The notes under the pieces: generated by a model
What the model saw: only the letters and a program-made list of their open reading frames with translations
Database searches by the model: none
Told to the model about the DNA's origin: nothing
In this document: piece by piece, positions 51,692-64,000 of the stretch
Position numbering within the stretch: position 1 is the stretch's first letter
Layout of the letters: the number at the start of each line of letters is the position of its first letter
Program-made: the position numbers and the translations under genes
Origin: Antedon mediterranea
Taxonomy: Eukaryota > Animalia > Echinodermata
Assembly (NCBI RefSeq): GCF_964355755.1
Contig: NC_092677.1
Span: 6,594,101-6,658,100, forward strand
DNA length: 64,000 nt
Direction: 5' to 3'

Positions 51692-53654
51692 ATAAATTTA
51701 ATATTTAAAATAATTTATTTATGTATTATTATTTTTTTGCCTTTGTGGTAATTTATTGTTTGTTTACCGTAACGGAAATGTTAAAGTCGTTTCATCTCAA
51801 GTTAATTGGTCAGATATTGGTCAGATATTTGTCATACGCTGACGTAGGCCTAATTGTACTTTTGTACAAATGATATTATAAACTTAACGTTTTCGATTCA
51901 CACGAATAGATTATTATTTATAAAATAGAATAGAATTTGGTATAGAATAAAACACTAATACAGTAACATGGTATTACTATATTTTATATAATTATTCCTT
52001 TTTAAATTAATTTATATTTCAATTCCATTAATGTATACTCTCATTATTTATTGATTTCAATTTTTTTTCATTTGTTAATCATTAAGTATTGCCCATTCAT
52101 TATTGTTTTGTTGAAGTAAGATTATCTGAAATTTCTAAATAAATAATATTATATGTAGTGAGTACGCTGTTATTTTTCTTTGGTGATGATTTTAAAAACA
52201 TGCGATTAAATGTACGCATGCTACAAATAAAACAGTTCACACGAACACATTCCTTATTCGGCTCAAAATGTACTTACTAGTGTGAGAAAAATATGTTATG
52301 TTTCTGCCTCGGACGTCCAGCAAAAAATCGCATTGGGCTCAGAGATTCAGGCCTGGCCTGACCTGTATTTGACCCATTTCAATATTTGCCTTTATGCCTA
52401 ATACGTGTGATGTAATTACCTATAACATTAGTAACTCTACCATGCAATTCCTACGCAATTCGACATTTGCTGGTACATAATATTAACATTAAAAGAGTAT
52501 GTCTTTGGCGTTCCATACGATGCGAATAAATAGCATTCTGGTACATCATTTAAGTAGGCCTACCTGTACAAATACACTCCTTTTGGTGGGAACTATTGTT
52601 CATGAAGTAACCAGGGGAAAATGTGGTTTTTTGCGTAATATCGTTCTACTGCACTGCTAAAATCGAACGATTGATTGATTGAATACTGTATATCTTTAAA
52701 AAAAACCTAATTAAATCGAAATTGACAGAAATGTAAATAGGCCTACGTACAAAAGCAAAATACAGTTGAAAAAAATTCGTTGTTTTCAAGAGAGAGGCAA
52801 ATAATTAACAGAATACCAATGTCTTTTTTCCATTACATAACTTGTTTAATATTATTTTATACAACATATATATTTGTAACTAAAATAGAGAAGGACTAAC
52901 GTACAGTTAGGCTGAATGAGGTAAACCCTGACATACCACAATAATTTACAAACGCAATTAAGAAAATGAGTTTCCTTGAATATCTAAACAAACAATGATA
53001 TAAATATTATCTGATATAATACTGTATAAACTGAGTAATTAAGTTGGAACTAATTGATTAGCATACAAATCTAAAAAAGAGTACTGTAGTTGTTTTCTCA
53101 TTTCTTCATTTTCAGGCGTGTCATACTTTAGAAATGTTTTGGAAGTTTCATATTAAACAACCAAAATTATAAAAAACATTAAGTCTCTTGATCAGCAGTT
53201 CTGTATGTAATGGGAGTCGGGTTTAGTTCCATCTCCTTTCAGCAAGAAAAGTTTGTGGAAAAGGTAGGATAGGGGATGTCTCCATTTTGGTGGGGTGCAT
53301 TGAAGCCTAGGATAACTTTTACTCAGTAGGTGAAATTTTTTATTGTATTTGTTATTTTTGTGCGATTGACAAACTTAACCTTCTTTTCGCTTCTGCACAC
53401 ATTATTTGGAAATATTTCCAATGAAAGACCTAAAAAAACAATTGATTAGAAATTTCATTTTATTTATTTTTTTTCATAAATTGTTTTCATCAATAAATAA
53501 ATTTTTCCATTAAATTTTTCACAAGATTAATTTGTAGATAATTACAAAATCATTTCCCAAAAATGTACGATATTAAATATAAATCACTTTTTTTTTCATA
53601 AATTGTTTTCATCAATAAATAAATTGTTTAAAATATAAATAAATATAAATCACC

Positions 53655-63458
<9,804 letters not shown>

Positions 63459-63659
63459 ATTGAACACAAATTATCAAGATATATATCACAACTTTAACTA
63501 CAAATCGAAATTGGGACAGAGCAGGGTCAAACCGTTCTGTAAGGGTCAGAAACGTGTTATCAAGTGCTTTGTAAACATTCGTTTTCGCTGATCGAAGAGT
63601 GTGGTCTTGAGGCTGTGTGCAACCAAGCATGTAAACAATTATGTATCCGAGTTGTATGT

Positions 63660-63672
63660 TGTGATTGGTTAC
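63660..63672 (-). promoter_or_regulatory. Candidate CCAAT box upstream of GK
   Basis: gtgattggtt reads aaCCAATcac on the GK strand, about 200 nt upstream of the ATG in a locally CpG-richer stretch. Motif match only. Confidence 0.3.
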
Positions 63673-64000
63673 CTACCAACTTTGGAATAATTCATTATAA
63701 CTAAAGGGATGTTAGTACAGTAGTATATACTTTTTTGACGCTATTTTATTAAGTATATATAGTATAACTGTAGTGAAAACGGAAAAAATAAGACAGAAAG
63801 AAATTAAATATACTAATAAATAATAATAATAATAATGTAATGCACCGAAATCCTCCATGGCTTAGGAATTAATTAATTTTATTAAACTTACTTTAGGATT
63901 TGTTATTGTTAATGGACAATTGTTTGAAAATTGAATTGAAAATTGCAATCGGAGTTATCTGGTTTAAGTTGATTTGCTATAACCATCTTAGTTTAGTTAA

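Overview
AT-rich, intron-rich animal genomic DNA. It is not prokaryotic; a marine invertebrate deuterostome such as an echinoderm is my inference from the gene and repeat types. Four protein-coding genes can be reconstructed by hand: (1) a single-coding-exon class A GPCR of the bombesin/CCHamide receptor type (14064-15158, +); (2) a 5-exon, signal-peptide-bearing, probably GPI-anchored flavin amine oxidase of the maize-PAO type with a heavily remodelled active site (40948-46476, +); (3) a 3-exon sterol C5-desaturase SC5D (49178-51691, +); (4) a 15-exon glycerol kinase with one GC-AG intron (63458-53655, -). The rest is dense in transposable-element debris: three copies of a non-autonomous Helitron, Helentron-associated short elements, PIF/Harbinger-type and Kolobok-type MITEs, L2 LINE 3' fragments, tRNA-derived SINEs and mini/satellites. 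The most unusual observations are: four 20-38 bp CA...TG palindromes each flanked by an exact 7-bp duplication (candidate P/Galileo excision footprints); a minimal Penelope-type hammerhead ribozyme with an antisense copy of its own core; a three-level nested transposon next to a MITE-derived 79-bp satellite with a 4-unit higher-order period; and the re-engineered oxidase. All coordinates were read by eye, no database searches were run, and family assignments rest on recalled motifs.
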